DNA of 27,437 nucleotides from the IMG/VR virus record IMGVR_UViG_3300044627_002380, positions 1 to 27,437 of that record. One strand, 5' to 3'. The position numbers and the translations under genes are program-made. The notes under the pieces are model-generated. The model saw only the letters and a program-made list of their open reading frames with translations. It did no database searches and had not been told where the DNA came from. Shown here in pieces: positions 1 to 9,693 of this stretch (its first letter is position 1; every line of letters starts with the position of its first letter). The DNA comes from a virus (lineage: Duplodnaviria > Caudoviricetes).

Positions 1-2
1 GC

Positions 3-467
3 ATCTGCAAACAACCTATCGAAACCGAGACCGTAGCGCTGGACTTCGTAGGTAACAGGATGCAGACCTATATCCTACCTTACACCGTGCCTGTTACCTT
101 GACATCACTGCAGTATAAGGAACACGTCGACGATGCAACCTGGACAACAGCCACGGGTGCTATTGTTGTCAAGGCTGACGGTGTTTATCAGGTGTACTAT
201 GCCGAAGGACTTAACTACGTTTTGTGGCGTGCGAATGTTACGGTCGGTTATACAGACGCCAACACACCTGCTGATATTAAAAGTGTTTGCTCCGAAATGG
301 TCGTGGAGTTATTCAAAAACACTGATTACTCAGGTCGTGAAAACAGAATCGGGCTTCAGTCGGTGGCTTCGTCAGAGGGCGGCACGACAGTAACAACAGT
401 ATATCGTGACCTGACAAACCGATTCCGTGCACGGCTGGCACCGTATATCGTTAGGGCTTGGCTGTGA
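3..467 (+). CDS. Head-tail connector/adaptor protein (5'-truncated)
   Basis: Frame is open from position 3 (ICKQPIETETVALDF...). 'VTVGYTDANTPADIKSVCSEMVVELFKN' and C-terminal 'RLAPY' resemble gp6/gp15-like adaptors. Precedes neck and tail genes. Confidence 0.7.
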   Translation: MCKQPIETETVALDFVGNRMQTYILPYTVPVTLTSLQYKEHVDDATWTTATGAIVVKADGVYQVYYAEGLNYVLWRANVTVGYTDANTPADIKSVCSEMVVELFKNTDYSGRENRIGLQSVASSEGGTTVTTVYRDLTNRFRARLAPYIVRAWL

Positions 468-1012
468 TTAGTGTTGACGAATACGTGAGGCTTATTTTAA
501 TGGGCTTGCCTGCAGCGGCGAAGGATGCCCTAGATCCACAGCGCATGCAGACGGCTCTTGCTGTAGACATATCCAAGAACTACGGCGAAACAAACCGCAA
601 CCCAAAGTACCCACGCAAGCCACAAGGTAGCACGCTACAGCTGGTAAGTGGCAACCTGTTCAAGGCCGCTACAGTATACAGGGCCAAGGGGAACAAATCG
701 CGGTATGTCGAAAGCGGTAACACGTACACCTTCATTCTTGAAATCGACTTGAACGTCATACCATACGCTCGGATTCATGAATACGGTGGCACTATAAACC
801 ATCCAGGTGGTACGCCATATTTTATAGGTGATGATGGGCTGGCCAAGTTCGTATCAAAAGCCAAGGGTGGCGATTTGCCAGTAACAAAACCGCACCCGAT
901 AACAATACCAGCTAGGCCCTACATTCGGCCTGCTTTTGAATCTTTCCAGTCTACGACCTTTCCCCGTATCATCGACATCATGCTTCGTAAATTAGCGGAG
1001 TCAGCCTCATGA
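464..1012 (+). CDS. Virion morphogenesis / neck protein (Mu gpG / HK97 gp10-like)
   Basis: Motifs 'PYARIHEYGG' and 'IPARPYIRPA'. GTG at 464 overlaps the upstream stop (GTGA); the ORF track starts at TTG 458. Confidence 0.75.
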   Translation: MISVDEYVRLILMGLPAAAKDALDPQRMQTALAVDISKNYGETNRNPKYPRKPQGSTLQLVSGNLFKAATVYRAKGNKSRYVESGNTYTFILEIDLNVIPYARIHEYGGTINHPGGTPYFIGDDGLAKFVSKAKGGDLPVTKPHPITIPARPYIRPAFESFQSTTFPRIIDIMLRKLAESAS

Positions 1013-1482
1013 GCACCACATCGAAGTACGCTATGGCTTTGGATCTTGTCAAGGACAAACTATCCGACGACAATACGTTCAATGTCATTAACGTATTTAC
1101 CAAAGAAACGGCCCTGTCCAACACCAAGGCCAACGTTTACGTTAACGTCATCAGCGACACGCTTACACCCCTGAACACAGAGTCAGGTTTTAGGACATCG
1201 CTACGAAGGCTCCTTCTCGGCATCTACGCCGTGCAGAAAAATTCACTCGACTCGCAGGAACTAGGCACGGCCGCCATCATGCACGGCCAACTCAGCGAGA
1301 AGATAGACAAGGCAATGGACGCTGTAGAGGCTGCACTGCCGTACACAGACGTAACTACTGCAGGATATACAGTAACACTCCACAGCATCGAAACGGGCAA
1401 CGTCACAGGCTACGTCGACGACAAGTCTGACAAGGTGGGTCTGTTGTATGAAGTAACAATATCTTATCTGCAGCGCGTATGA
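1009..1482 (+). CDS. Probable tail terminator/completion protein
   Basis: 157 aa, between neck gene and major tail protein; ends in a beta-strand-like 'YEVTISY'; ATGA coupling. Confidence 0.55.
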   Translation: MSTTSKYAMALDLVKDKLSDDNTFNVINVFTKETALSNTKANVYVNVISDTLTPLNTESGFRTSLRRLLLGIYAVQKNSLDSQELGTAAIMHGQLSEKIDKAMDAVEAALPYTDVTTAGYTVTLHSIETGNVTGYVDDKSDKVGLLYEVTISYLQRV

Positions 1483-1718
1483 CTGTCACTGAACTAATGC
1501 AACATCTTCGCCAGATATACAGCGTCTACGGAGACATCGACGTCAGGGTGGACTCTGATCTGTTCACGGATCACAGACCACGGGATGTGACCAGTACGAC
1601 CGTGCAGGAGTTCTTTGTGCGCGATGTGCAGGAAATCATCATCGGTCAATTCTTAAACGAACCATCACAGGCAAAAGTAGTATTATATGTCGGCAACGAA
1701 CCAAAGCTCAGAGCCTAA
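1479..1718 (+). CDS. Small hypothetical protein
   Basis: ATGA overlap with the upstream gene; 'MTVTELMQHLRQI...GDIDV' is a common small phage protein N-terminus. Confidence 0.6.
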   Translation: MTVTELMQHLRQIYSVYGDIDVRVDSDLFTDHRPRDVTSTTVQEFFVRDVQEIIIGQFLNEPSQAKVVLYVGNEPKLRA

Positions 1719-2430
1719 ACACGTCGACGTCAGTTTCGCCTGCATAGCACACAAGAGCGAAGCACACCACGTGATGCAGATGATAGCAACGCTACCAAGT
1801 GGATGCGAGGTGGTCGTGCTTTGGAATGAACAGGGCGACAATTCAGAGGTTGTAGAACGTAAAAAGATAACACTTAACAACGGCACCGTTGTTCGTTACT
1901 ACGAAACGCAGTGGCAAGATTTGCACTTCGGGAATCTTCGCAACCTTTGCATTGGTCTCTGTTCTCGCGGGTGGGTTATGTGGATAGACGCCGATGACCG
2001 TCTGCTAACTCACCAGCATAATTGGTTTGAAGACCTGACGATTTACCCCGCCGGTGTTGGCGGGCTTGTGTGCGGATGTGTTGGAGTACAACCGAAGCAC
2101 GAAGGCAACAGCAACGTTATGCGATACCATCATCCACAGACAAGGGTGTTTCGCAACAACAAAGCATTCGCCTTCAAGGGTGCTGCACACGAACAGATCA
2201 CATGGTCGATAGAACAGCAGGGGCTAACACTTGAGACCTGTTCACTGTTAGTGCATCACGTAGGCTATGAAGTCGACGCCGACTCGATGATGGCCAAGGT
2301 GAGGCGTAACGTGAAAGGACTCGCACGTGAGATTGCGGACTGTACCGATGATGACCAGTTAGTATACTGGACGCAGATGATACACCGCGACTCGGGTTCA
2401 TTTATGTATTATGTAACAAAGGACAAATAA
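1687..2430 (+). CDS. Glycosyltransferase family 2 (GT-A fold)
   Basis: 'FGNLRNLCI...WVMWIDADDRL' (DxD motif), 'RVFRN...FKGAAHEQI' and 'VHHVGY' are typical GT2 motifs. Confidence 0.8.
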   Translation: MSATNQSSEPKHVDVSFACIAHKSEAHHVMQMIATLPSGCEVVVLWNEQGDNSEVVERKKITLNNGTVVRYYETQWQDLHFGNLRNLCIGLCSRGWVMWIDADDRLLTHQHNWFEDLTIYPAGVGGLVCGCVGVQPKHEGNSNVMRYHHPQTRVFRNNKAFAFKGAAHEQITWSIEQQGLTLETCSLLVHHVGYEVDADSMMAKVRRNVKGLAREIADCTDDDQLVYWTQMIHRDSGSFMYYVTKDK

Positions 2431-2431
2431 C

Positions 2432-3007
2432 ATGGCACTCGCAACACGGGTCGTCGCCGGTGGTAATACCTTCGGCGCATGGACTGTCGAAGATACCGGC
2501 ACGATTGGCGTCGGTTCGACATACCTCTACAAACTCAATGATAACATCATCTCAACAGATGTAACACGTGACGCTGCTTCTGGTGCTTACTCGATTTCTA
2601 TCGAGCACGTCGAAGACACGCAGGCGCTGCAGACGTTTATCGAGACAGCAACCAACACAGGCGCTGGCGCTATCGAGGACTTGCTTCTCGAGAACGGCAC
2701 AAACGAAACAGGCTCTGCTCAAAACCAGAAGCTAATCTGTGCAGTCAAGGGCGGTCTTGCTGGTGGTGGTAACCAGCAAAACACAGCCGTTCGTAAGGTA
2801 GGCGTTTTCCCACAGCGCCTGAACAACGAATCTGGCGGATGGACGCAGGCTGGTGAAACATACAACCGAGTAACGTTGTCTTTCGAAGGCTTCAAGCTGC
2901 AGAACCCTATCACGCTTGCTGCTACCTACTTCACTGACTTCATGACTTCGGCTGTACCTGTAACGCTGTTCGGTACAATTCCATACGGAACTGTAGTTTA
3001 TAAGTAA
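2432..3007 (+). CDS. Major tail (tube) protein
   Basis: 191 aa, G/T-rich, AAGGA RBS, followed by a terminator, the chaperone pair and the tape measure gene. Confidence 0.7.
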   Translation: MALATRVVAGGNTFGAWTVEDTGTIGVGSTYLYKLNDNIISTDVTRDAASGAYSISIEHVEDTQALQTFIETATNTGAGAIEDLLLENGTNETGSAQNQKLICAVKGGLAGGGNQQNTAVRKVGVFPQRLNNESGGWTQAGETYNRVTLSFEGFKLQNPITLAATYFTDFMTSAVPVTLFGTIPYGTVVYK

Positions 3008-3023
3008 CCTTCCGAGGTTACCT

Positions 3024-3069
3024 GGTGGGGGCCGTTCGCGGCATGGCGGCCCCTGCCTATTTTGTTTTT
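3024..3069 (+). terminator. Rho-independent terminator after major tail gene
   Basis: 13-bp stem GGTGGGGGCCGTT/GGCGGCCCCTGCC (with G-U pairs) followed by TATTTTGTTTTT. A second hairpin GTAACCT-TCCG-AGGTTAC (3004-3021) covers the stop codon. Confidence 0.75.
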
Positions 3070-3093
3070 CATGCCGTAACAAGAGGACTTGTC

Positions 3094-3630
3094 ATGCCGT
3101 CAATTAAACTCTATTTCGTGGGTGAACAGAAAGAGATCCCGCTTAAGAACATCATCTCGCGCCGTATCATTAAGGCTGTCGAGAATCCCATCGCAACGCT
3201 CCGCAGTTTAGGCCAGAACGCTGCTTTCCAGAAGGCCCTGCAGGAATCGCCCAATGCTGCCAAGATCGTTACCTTGTCTGGTGGTGCTAACTCGGTGCAC
3301 GCTGCCGAAATAGGCAAGCAAATTCGCGAGGCTATCCCAAACATCACAGACTCCGATCTGCAGTCGATGGTGACACAGCGCATACAATCCGAATTGCTTG
3401 AATCATTCCCGAACATCTGGCAAGCCCTGAACAACCCGATTACAGAGTTCCCGCTGGACAATGACGATGCCATCAACGCTTGCATTGAGGTGCTCAAGGT
3501 CATCATGGACACAAACCAGCTGACCGAAGAACAGAAAACCCTTATGTCCGTTTCCGAGTTCTGGGAAGACCAAGACCTGACGGAGGTGGTCGAATCTGTA
3601 AAGTGGTTTCGAAGCGTCGCTAAACTCTGA
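3094..3630 (+). CDS. Tail assembly chaperone (gpG-like)
   Basis: Between tube and tape measure genes. ATG 3094 follows a GAGGA RBS; the ORF-track start at 3025 lies inside the terminator. Confidence 0.7.
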   Translation: MPSIKLYFVGEQKEIPLKNIISRRIIKAVENPIATLRSLGQNAAFQKALQESPNAAKIVTLSGGANSVHAAEIGKQIREAIPNITDSDLQSMVTQRIQSELLESFPNIWQALNNPITEFPLDNDDAINACIEVLKVIMDTNQLTEEQKTLMSVSEFWEDQDLTEVVESVKWFRSVAKL

Positions 3631-3937
3631 GGTCGCAGCCGTCGCTGAGATATACGAAGCCTACGACGTGCTGACGAAAACGCCTGTTGACGACACGGGC
3701 AAGCCTTACCCCAAGCGCATCACAGGAACCGACGTAGTGCCTGCACATGAGCACGACGTTCTCATGGCCATCGAGATAGGCAAGTTGTGGAAAATGACAC
3801 CCGACGAAGTGGTAGTTTCCCTCACAGCGTCGGAGTTTCTGCGAAGGGTCGCACTTGTGCGCGCTCACTCATGGGATCAGCCGACCGATTCACAGATAGC
3901 TAAGAACAGGCACGAACGCCGAATCGGGAAACGATAA
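3608..3937 (+). CDS. Tail assembly chaperone C-terminal extension (gpT-like), probably made by frameshift
   Basis: Frame is open from 3602, overlapping the end of gpG in the +1 frame. No clear RBS before GTG 3668. The stop overlaps the TMP start (TAATG). Confidence 0.6.
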   Translation, partial: FEASLNSEVAAVAEIYEAYDVLTKTPVDDTGKPYPKRITGTDVVPAHEHDVLMAIEIGKLWKMTPDEVVVSLTASEFLRRVALVRAHSWDQPTDSQIAKNRHERRIGKR

Positions 3938-6900
3938 TGGCAGTTTTTAAGAATGAACTTCAACTGGACACTAGCGGTTTTTCATCGTCACTGAAGAAAG
4001 CCGCTAGTGATTCCAAGACGTCAGCAGATGAGATAACCAAGGCGCTGAAGATAACGCCTGACATCGACACCAAAGCAGCCGAACAGGAATTTAAGTCGTT
4101 AGCAGATAAGGCAAAGGGCGCCGCATCCTCCATAGGCTCGCAGTTTAAGGAAGGTATCGGTGGACTTGGGTCATCGATCACTGGTGGTATCATCGGCGGT
4201 GGTGTCGTTGCCGGTGTCCAGGCTGCAGCTGGTAAGATCGTAGAAGGGTTTCAGTTTGTGATAGATAAGGGCTCCGAGTTCCAAACTGGGCTGGCTAACT
4301 TATCGGCAATCACTGGCGTTTCAGGTGATGACCTCGACAAGTTTGGAGACAAAGCACAGGAACTGGCCGCTAAATTCGGCGGTGATGCCAGCACACAGAT
4401 AGGATCGTTTCAGACTATCCTGTCCAAGTTCGGCCCTGCTTTGGCTGACACGCCCGACGCACTCAATGCTGTAACCGAGAATGTCAACATCCTGTCTAAA
4501 GCCGCTGGCCTCGATGCACAGGGTGCCGTCGATGCACTCTCGAACGCACTTCTCCAGTTTGGCGTAGACGCAAGCGATCCGGCAAAACTGGCAGAGGAGT
4601 CAGGGCGTTTTATCAACGTGCTTGCTGCCTCTGCTAAGGAAGGTGCGGCCGAAATCCCACAGGTCTCCGAGGCTATCCTGCAGGCTGGTGTCGCTGCCAA
4701 GGGTGCGAATATATCTTTTGAAGAAACCAACGCGGCTATTCAGGCCCTTGCTGTAGGTGGTAAGGTAGGTTCTGAGGCTGGCGTCGGACTTCGTAACGTT
4801 CTGGGCTTGCTGATTAAGCAGTCAGGCCCTGGCGAAGAGGCTCTTCGTGGCGTCGGTTTATCTGTCAAGGACTTGGGTGAAACCCTCACAACACAGGGCC
4901 TCGCTGCTGCACTTGAAAAACTACAGGGCGGCATCAACAAACTCGGGACGGATGCCGAGAAAGCCGCTTTCAAGGCGACCTTGTTTGGTACAGAAAACGC
5001 TGCTGCAGCCGGCATCCTTCTGGATCAGGTGGGCACAATCCAGACGTTCACGGAGAAGATGACCGGAACGGCTGAAGCTACGACACAAGCCCAAATAAAC
5101 ATGGCAACCTTCTCGGAGTTCCTGTCGAGGTTCCAAGCCAACATTTCAAACTTCGCCATCGACGTCTTCCAAGGCTTTGGCAAAGTGTTCAGTTTAATCG
5201 CCAATGCTGTATCGAGCACGGTCGGCCCTGCTATTGAACAAATTGGCGGGGTGTTTCAGCGTGTCTATTCCGTCATCGAGCCAATTCTTGCTGCAATCGG
5301 TGGTTTGATTATTGGCGGTCTGGTGGTGAGCATACAATATGCAGCCACAGTAATAGGTACAGCCTTCGGAATTATCAACCAGTTATTCGATGGCGTAGTC
5401 AAGGCATTACAGCCTTTGTTCAACGCCTTCAAATCTTTGTTCGGCATGGATGGTGCGGTCGGTGAAGGCATCGACGTAATGAAGATTTTTACTTCAGCAC
5501 TTGGCACCATAGGCGATGTGCTGAAGTCGGTCGGCGAAGTTGTTTCTTTGGTTGGTGGGTTTATTATCGAGCTTCTGCTGACGCCATTGCAGTCAATAGC
5601 GAGCGCTGTGGCGTTCGTTATCACCAAGTTCAAGGAATGGATAGGGGTCAGCAAGGACTCAAACAAGGAAACCGAGAAGGGCGCCGGACTACTCGACACT
5701 CTGAAAAACGCTTTTACGAATATCAAGGGCACCATCGGAGGTGTTACTGAGGCATTCCGTGAAATCAAACTGGTGGTAGGTGATTTCTTCACAGCACTTG
5801 CAAGCCTAGACGTTGCGGCTGCACTCAAGGCTTTTACAGGCTTTGGTGACCGTGTGGGTGCTGCCTATAACAAAGGTTTCAATGAAGCCACAGGCAAAAA
5901 CCAAAAGGTCGTAGTTGAACAGGCTGTCAAGACCGCCGAACAAGCTGGCAAAGCTGCTGGTGCGGTTCCTGTGGTTACACCTACGACATCAGACAAGGAA
6001 AAGAAAGACAAAGAAAAGGCAGCCAAATCAGAGTTTGAGAAAGCCAAGGAAACACTCAAACTGTTACAAGATAGGCTGAAGACTGAACGCGAAACTACAC
6101 TAGCACTTGCTGAACAGGCTGGCCTCACTGGTAATGCGCTCAAACTCCGTGTTGCAGAACTGGAAAAGGCAGACGTTGACACGGTACTGGCAAAAGCTAA
6201 AGAGCTTTTCAAGGTCGCAACAGACAAGGAAGGCAAGGCAGTATCTACGACGGTCGGACTAAACCCTGAAAAGGAACAGGTCGACCAGGTACTTAACGAC
6301 TATAACAAGCTACTGGTCGATAAGATAAAGGTCGACATCAAGCTCAGAGATCCCAAGTTTTGGTTCCCTGAAGTACAGAAAACACTTGACCTGCTGTTTA
6401 GAGCACGTGCTGTGGCGCTTCCTATCGACGTCAATAAAACAGCGACTGTTTTACGCAAGGCAGCAAGCATACTAGGGTTTGATTTCCTAAAGATCAGCAA
6501 GAAAGAGTTTGACCTATCTGATGTACTGGCAGGGACTGCACAGACTGCGGCATCGGCTCTGACGTCTATAGATTGGGACAAGGTATTTGCCAAGCCTACA
6601 GAGGCATCAGAAGAGGCAACAAATAAAATTGTTGCTAACATAACGCAAGGCGTGACTAGTTATCAGGACGGCATAGATGAACTAGCAAAGAATTTGAAAG
6701 CACTACCTAGCGTGTTCAAGCTGGTAACTCAACAGCTCAACGCTGTCTTCCGTGAAACTACACAGAACAATATCAAGAGCCTAGCTGAGACAGCATCGCA
6801 GTTTCAAAAAGGCGCTAAGACAGCCGAAGATTTCTATAATGCACTTGCTACAACAGCAGGCACAGCATTCGCACAGATCCTGACTGAACAGGAAGATTAT

Positions 6901-7425
6901 GGTAAGGCAAGCCTATTGCTGGCGTTGGACGTTCTCAACGCTCTGATACCTATCCTTGTGGCAGAAATCATCGGTAAATCGCTGGCAACAAATCCTGTTC
7001 TTGGTGCTGTGGTAGGAGCTGCTGCAACTGCAACGCTTCTGGGACTTGTCGCCGCCGCACGATCTGCTGTGGCAGGCTTCGCCGAAGGTGGTTACACTGG
7101 CGACGGTGGTAAGTATACGCCTGCAGGGGTTGTCCACAAGGGCGAATTTGTCATCAACAAAGAAAACACTCGCAAGTATCGAGGCATCTTGGAACAGATG
7201 AATGACGGCAAGTTCCCGCTGGCATTTCAGGCGCCGGTAGTTTCTACCGACGTGACGGGAGAAATGTCGGGTATGAGGCAAGAACTTGCTGCCATACGCA
7301 GGCGGCTGGACTCGATGCCGAACGGAATACAGGGACAGATGGCCGTCGCCGTGGACGTGGGCATGGACACATATTTGTATGAACGTAACAGATACCGCGC
7401 CGCTGTGCGTGGTTTGAGAGGTTAA
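3937..7425 (+). CDS. Tape measure protein
   Basis: 1162 aa, Ala/Gly-rich and helical. TP901-type core ('GSEAGVGLRNVL', 'LFGTEN'), amphipathic repeats, C-terminal 'GFAEGGYTGDGGKYTPAGVVHKGEFV'. Confidence 0.95.
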   Translation: MAVFKNELQLDTSGFSSSLKKAASDSKTSADEITKALKITPDIDTKAAEQEFKSLADKAKGAASSIGSQFKEGIGGLGSSITGGIIGGGVVAGVQAAAGKIVEGFQFVIDKGSEFQTGLANLSAITGVSGDDLDKFGDKAQELAAKFGGDASTQIGSFQTILSKFGPALADTPDALNAVTENVNILSKAAGLDAQGAVDALSNALLQFGVDASDPAKLAEESGRFINVLAASAKEGAAEIPQVSEAILQAGVAAKGANISFEETNAAIQALAVGGKVGSEAGVGLRNVLGLLIKQSGPGEEALRGVGLSVKDLGETLTTQGLAAALEKLQGGINKLGTDAEKAAFKATLFGTENAAAAGILLDQVGTIQTFTEKMTGTAEATTQAQINMATFSEFLSRFQANISNFAIDVFQGFGKVFSLIANAVSSTVGPAIEQIGGVFQRVYSVIEPILAAIGGLIIGGLVVSIQYAATVIGTAFGIINQLFDGVVKALQPLFNAFKSLFGMDGAVGEGIDVMKIFTSALGTIGDVLKSVGEVVSLVGGFIIELLLTPLQSIASAVAFVITKFKEWIGVSKDSNKETEKGAGLLDTLKNAFTNIKGTIGGVTEAFREIKLVVGDFFTALASLDVAAALKAFTGFGDRVGAAYNKGFNEATGKNQKVVVEQAVKTAEQAGKAAGAVPVVTPTTSDKEKKDKEKAAKSEFEKAKETLKLLQDRLKTERETTLALAEQAGLTGNALKLRVAELEKADVDTVLAKAKELFKVATDKEGKAVSTTVGLNPEKEQVDQVLNDYNKLLVDKIKVDIKLRDPKFWFPEVQKTLDLLFRARAVALPIDVNKTATVLRKAASILGFDFLKISKKEFDLSDVLAGTAQTAASALTSIDWDKVFAKPTEASEEATNKIVANITQGVTSYQDGIDELAKNLKALPSVFKLVTQQLNAVFRETTQNNIKSLAETASQFQKGAKTAEDFYNALATTAGTAFAQILTEQEDYGKASLLLALDVLNALIPILVAEIIGKSLATNPVLGAVVGAAATATLLGLVAAARSAVAGFAEGGYTGDGGKYTPAGVVHKGEFVINKENTRKYRGILEQMNDGKFPLAFQAPVVSTDVTGEMSGMRQELAAIRRRLDSMPNGIQGQMAVAVDVGMDTYLYERNRYRAAVRGLRG

Positions 7426-7426
7426 T

Positions 7427-7939
7427 ATGGCAGGGAATAGTTCATGGCAGATGTGGCTGTACGCGGCCAACGAAGACACGTCTACGACGGCATACGATAC
7501 CGTAGCTGCATCATCGCTGACGGCTCGCACAGGCTACGTAAACATCACGTCAGGATTCCCTGGCGGTTCGTGCCCTATCTTGGCACCGGCTGAAGATGCC
7601 GAATTCGAAACGTCTACATTAGTCGACATCGGAGGTGGCACCATCGGCACGGCGAACAGGCGCACGATCTGGACTGTCGAGTGCTGGCCGTTTCTGTTTG
7701 ACGCGTCGACTACCGAAACCGACCTCGATGATTACTTCGCCTTATCTGATGGCATCAACGGCAAGAAATACCTGTGGGTTCGTTTCACGGCCGGATCACG
7801 GACAAGCCCGACGACATCGGGGCACGTATACCCTGTGGTTCTGGAATCTTGGCAAGGATCGCTCAATAAGGAATTCGGGAACCGTAACCTTACGTTAGTT
7901 CTCAAGCATCGTTTCCGCCAAGCATCGAGTTTGATATAA
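7427..7939 (+). CDS. Probable distal tail protein
   Basis: Directly after the TMP, 170 aa, beta-rich. Assignment by synteny only. Confidence 0.5.
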   Translation: MAGNSSWQMWLYAANEDTSTTAYDTVAASSLTARTGYVNITSGFPGGSCPILAPAEDAEFETSTLVDIGGGTIGTANRRTIWTVECWPFLFDASTTETDLDDYFALSDGINGKKYLWVRFTAGSRTSPTTSGHVYPVVLESWQGSLNKEFGNRNLTLVLKHRFRQASSLI

Positions 7940-9693
7940 TGGCTATCTACCGACTATCACGGACGCTTCCGAACGGCTGGCGTATACGTCTGGATCTTGT
8001 TCCCTACGATGAGAACCTAAACGGCACCGTAACGGCCCTTGGTGACGTTTGTTTGCTTGAACTTGGCTCACAGACGGCCGAATTTGAAACGCTGCCCTAC
8101 GGGCTTGTAAAGCCCCAAACGCTGAACTTCAAACTGGCCTGGTCGATGCTGCCATCAGCCGTGCAGGATTACATCGAGGCATCGGTCGATCCGGCCGCAC
8201 CGGACAAGTGCAACCTGTGGGTTCTATACTCCGACCGTGGCACTTCAGGCGCGACCTACACCGTCGAATATGCAGGCGTTGAAGACAACGTTGAAGCGGT
8301 GCAATTAGAGCCCCTTGATGACGGCTCCTATGGCTACAACGTCGAACTTGTCGACTATGTATTCCATGCCATGAAAACACTTACTGGCAACCAAGTATTT
8401 AATGGCAAAATAGGTGCACACCGTCCACCCGAAACAGAGGTGTTCCAGTTCCTGCTTCGTAACCTTGTCGGTAGGAATCAAAAGCATTTAAGCCCAGGGC
8501 GTGTGCTTGCTGATACGTTCGCAACGATCATGGGCTACATACGTACGGCAATGGGCACGCACATAAAAACAAACTATGCGCGTACTACCTTTGGCTCTTC
8601 GGGGTCACTCTTTGATTTTAACACGCTCGATAAACTAATCGAGGCGGCAATCGAACTGTACACGATGGGACTAGACAACGAACCGCGTACAATATCGACA
8701 GCCGTAACTTCCCAAACCTCGTACCTTACAACAAACATCAGCAAAGACTCTTATGGTGGAGCAACAATCGGTGGCCTTTACAGCCTAGGGGATAACTTCG
8801 CCTGGGGGCGCCGTGATGTTACAGTATACGACATCATTCGTGATCTCTGCGAAACACTTGGTGTTAAGGCTTCCTACAATTTCGAGGCTAAAACCCAAAG
8901 TGGCAATATCTACATTGATGCTAACTGGTATGTTAAGCGCATAGCATCGTCACTAGGCTACGCCAACAACGTAGACACGACCGACGCAACGCTATCCCTA
9001 AACCAGTCGCTGGCATTACCTACAATCATTAAGCGTGGGGATAACATCGCCAAGGCCGAATCACGATATGAGACGAGCCATCAAGAGGATGCAACCGAGA
9101 TCGTACGACTTAAGAAAGGGGCTCGCTCTTCTCGGTCGATGAACATCGAGCCTATAATCCACAACGTGCCGGTATATCTAACAGATTACGACGACGAGAA
9201 CGGACGCACCGAGGTATATAAGCAGACAAACCAGATACTGTTCAAAGCCAACAACGGATCGCTAGTCAAGGTACACGAAACCACGAAATACTGGTACGGC
9301 CCCAAGTCGACGCAATGGGTGAAGATCTCGAGTGCTGCATCGGACAAACCAGAATATCAAGACGACGAATCACAAGAAAAATACCGTGTCCAGCTGGCTG
9401 CTATGCAGGCTCAAACCTCGATGCCGGCGGCGCTGTGCTTGCTGCACTTGCACGTCTTTGCGGATGAGGACAACGCCACATGTGAAACCGAATGGAACTA
9501 CACCAAATCAACGGCATTACTGCCATCGGCACTATGTGGCAGGCACACATTGACAGATTCGGTCGTCGATATTTTTGATTCGATTAACTGGGATTATGCA
9601 CTGCCAACGTCCATATCCGTTGACTGGTTTGCTTCAACGTCTAAAATCAACTATTACGTGCTAGCACCGACAACATCTCAGGAACTAACGTAA
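7939..9693 (+). CDS. Tail tip/hub protein
   Basis: 584 aa, TAATG-coupled, second gene after the TMP. Assignment by synteny. Confidence 0.5.
   Translation: MAIYRLSRTLPNGWRIRLDLVPYDENLNGTVTALGDVCLLELGSQTAEFETLPYGLVKPQTLNFKLAWSMLPSAVQDYIEASVDPAAPDKCNLWVLYSDRGTSGATYTVEYAGVEDNVEAVQLEPLDDGSYGYNVELVDYVFHAMKTLTGNQVFNGKIGAHRPPETEVFQFLLRNLVGRNQKHLSPGRVLADTFATIMGYIRTAMGTHIKTNYARTTFGSSGSLFDFNTLDKLIEAAIELYTMGLDNEPRTISTAVTSQTSYLTTNISKDSYGGATIGGLYSLGDNFAWGRRDVTVYDIIRDLCETLGVKASYNFEAKTQSGNIYIDANWYVKRIASSLGYANNVDTTDATLSLNQSLALPTIIKRGDNIAKAESRYETSHQEDATEIVRLKKGARSSRSMNIEPIIHNVPVYLTDYDDENGRTEVYKQTNQILFKANNGSLVKVHETTKYWYGPKSTQWVKISSAASDKPEYQDDESQEKYRVQLAAMQAQTSMPAALCLLHLHVFADEDNATCETEWNYTKSTALLPSALCGRHTLTDSVVDIFDSINWDYALPTSISVDWFASTSKINYYVLAPTTSQELT

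Noticed and set aside
3960-7530. Series of minus-strand ORFs opposite the tape measure gene, and similar ones opposite the capsid, exonuclease and GT genes
   Set aside because: Antisense shadows of biased coding sequence; no RBSs or motifs.
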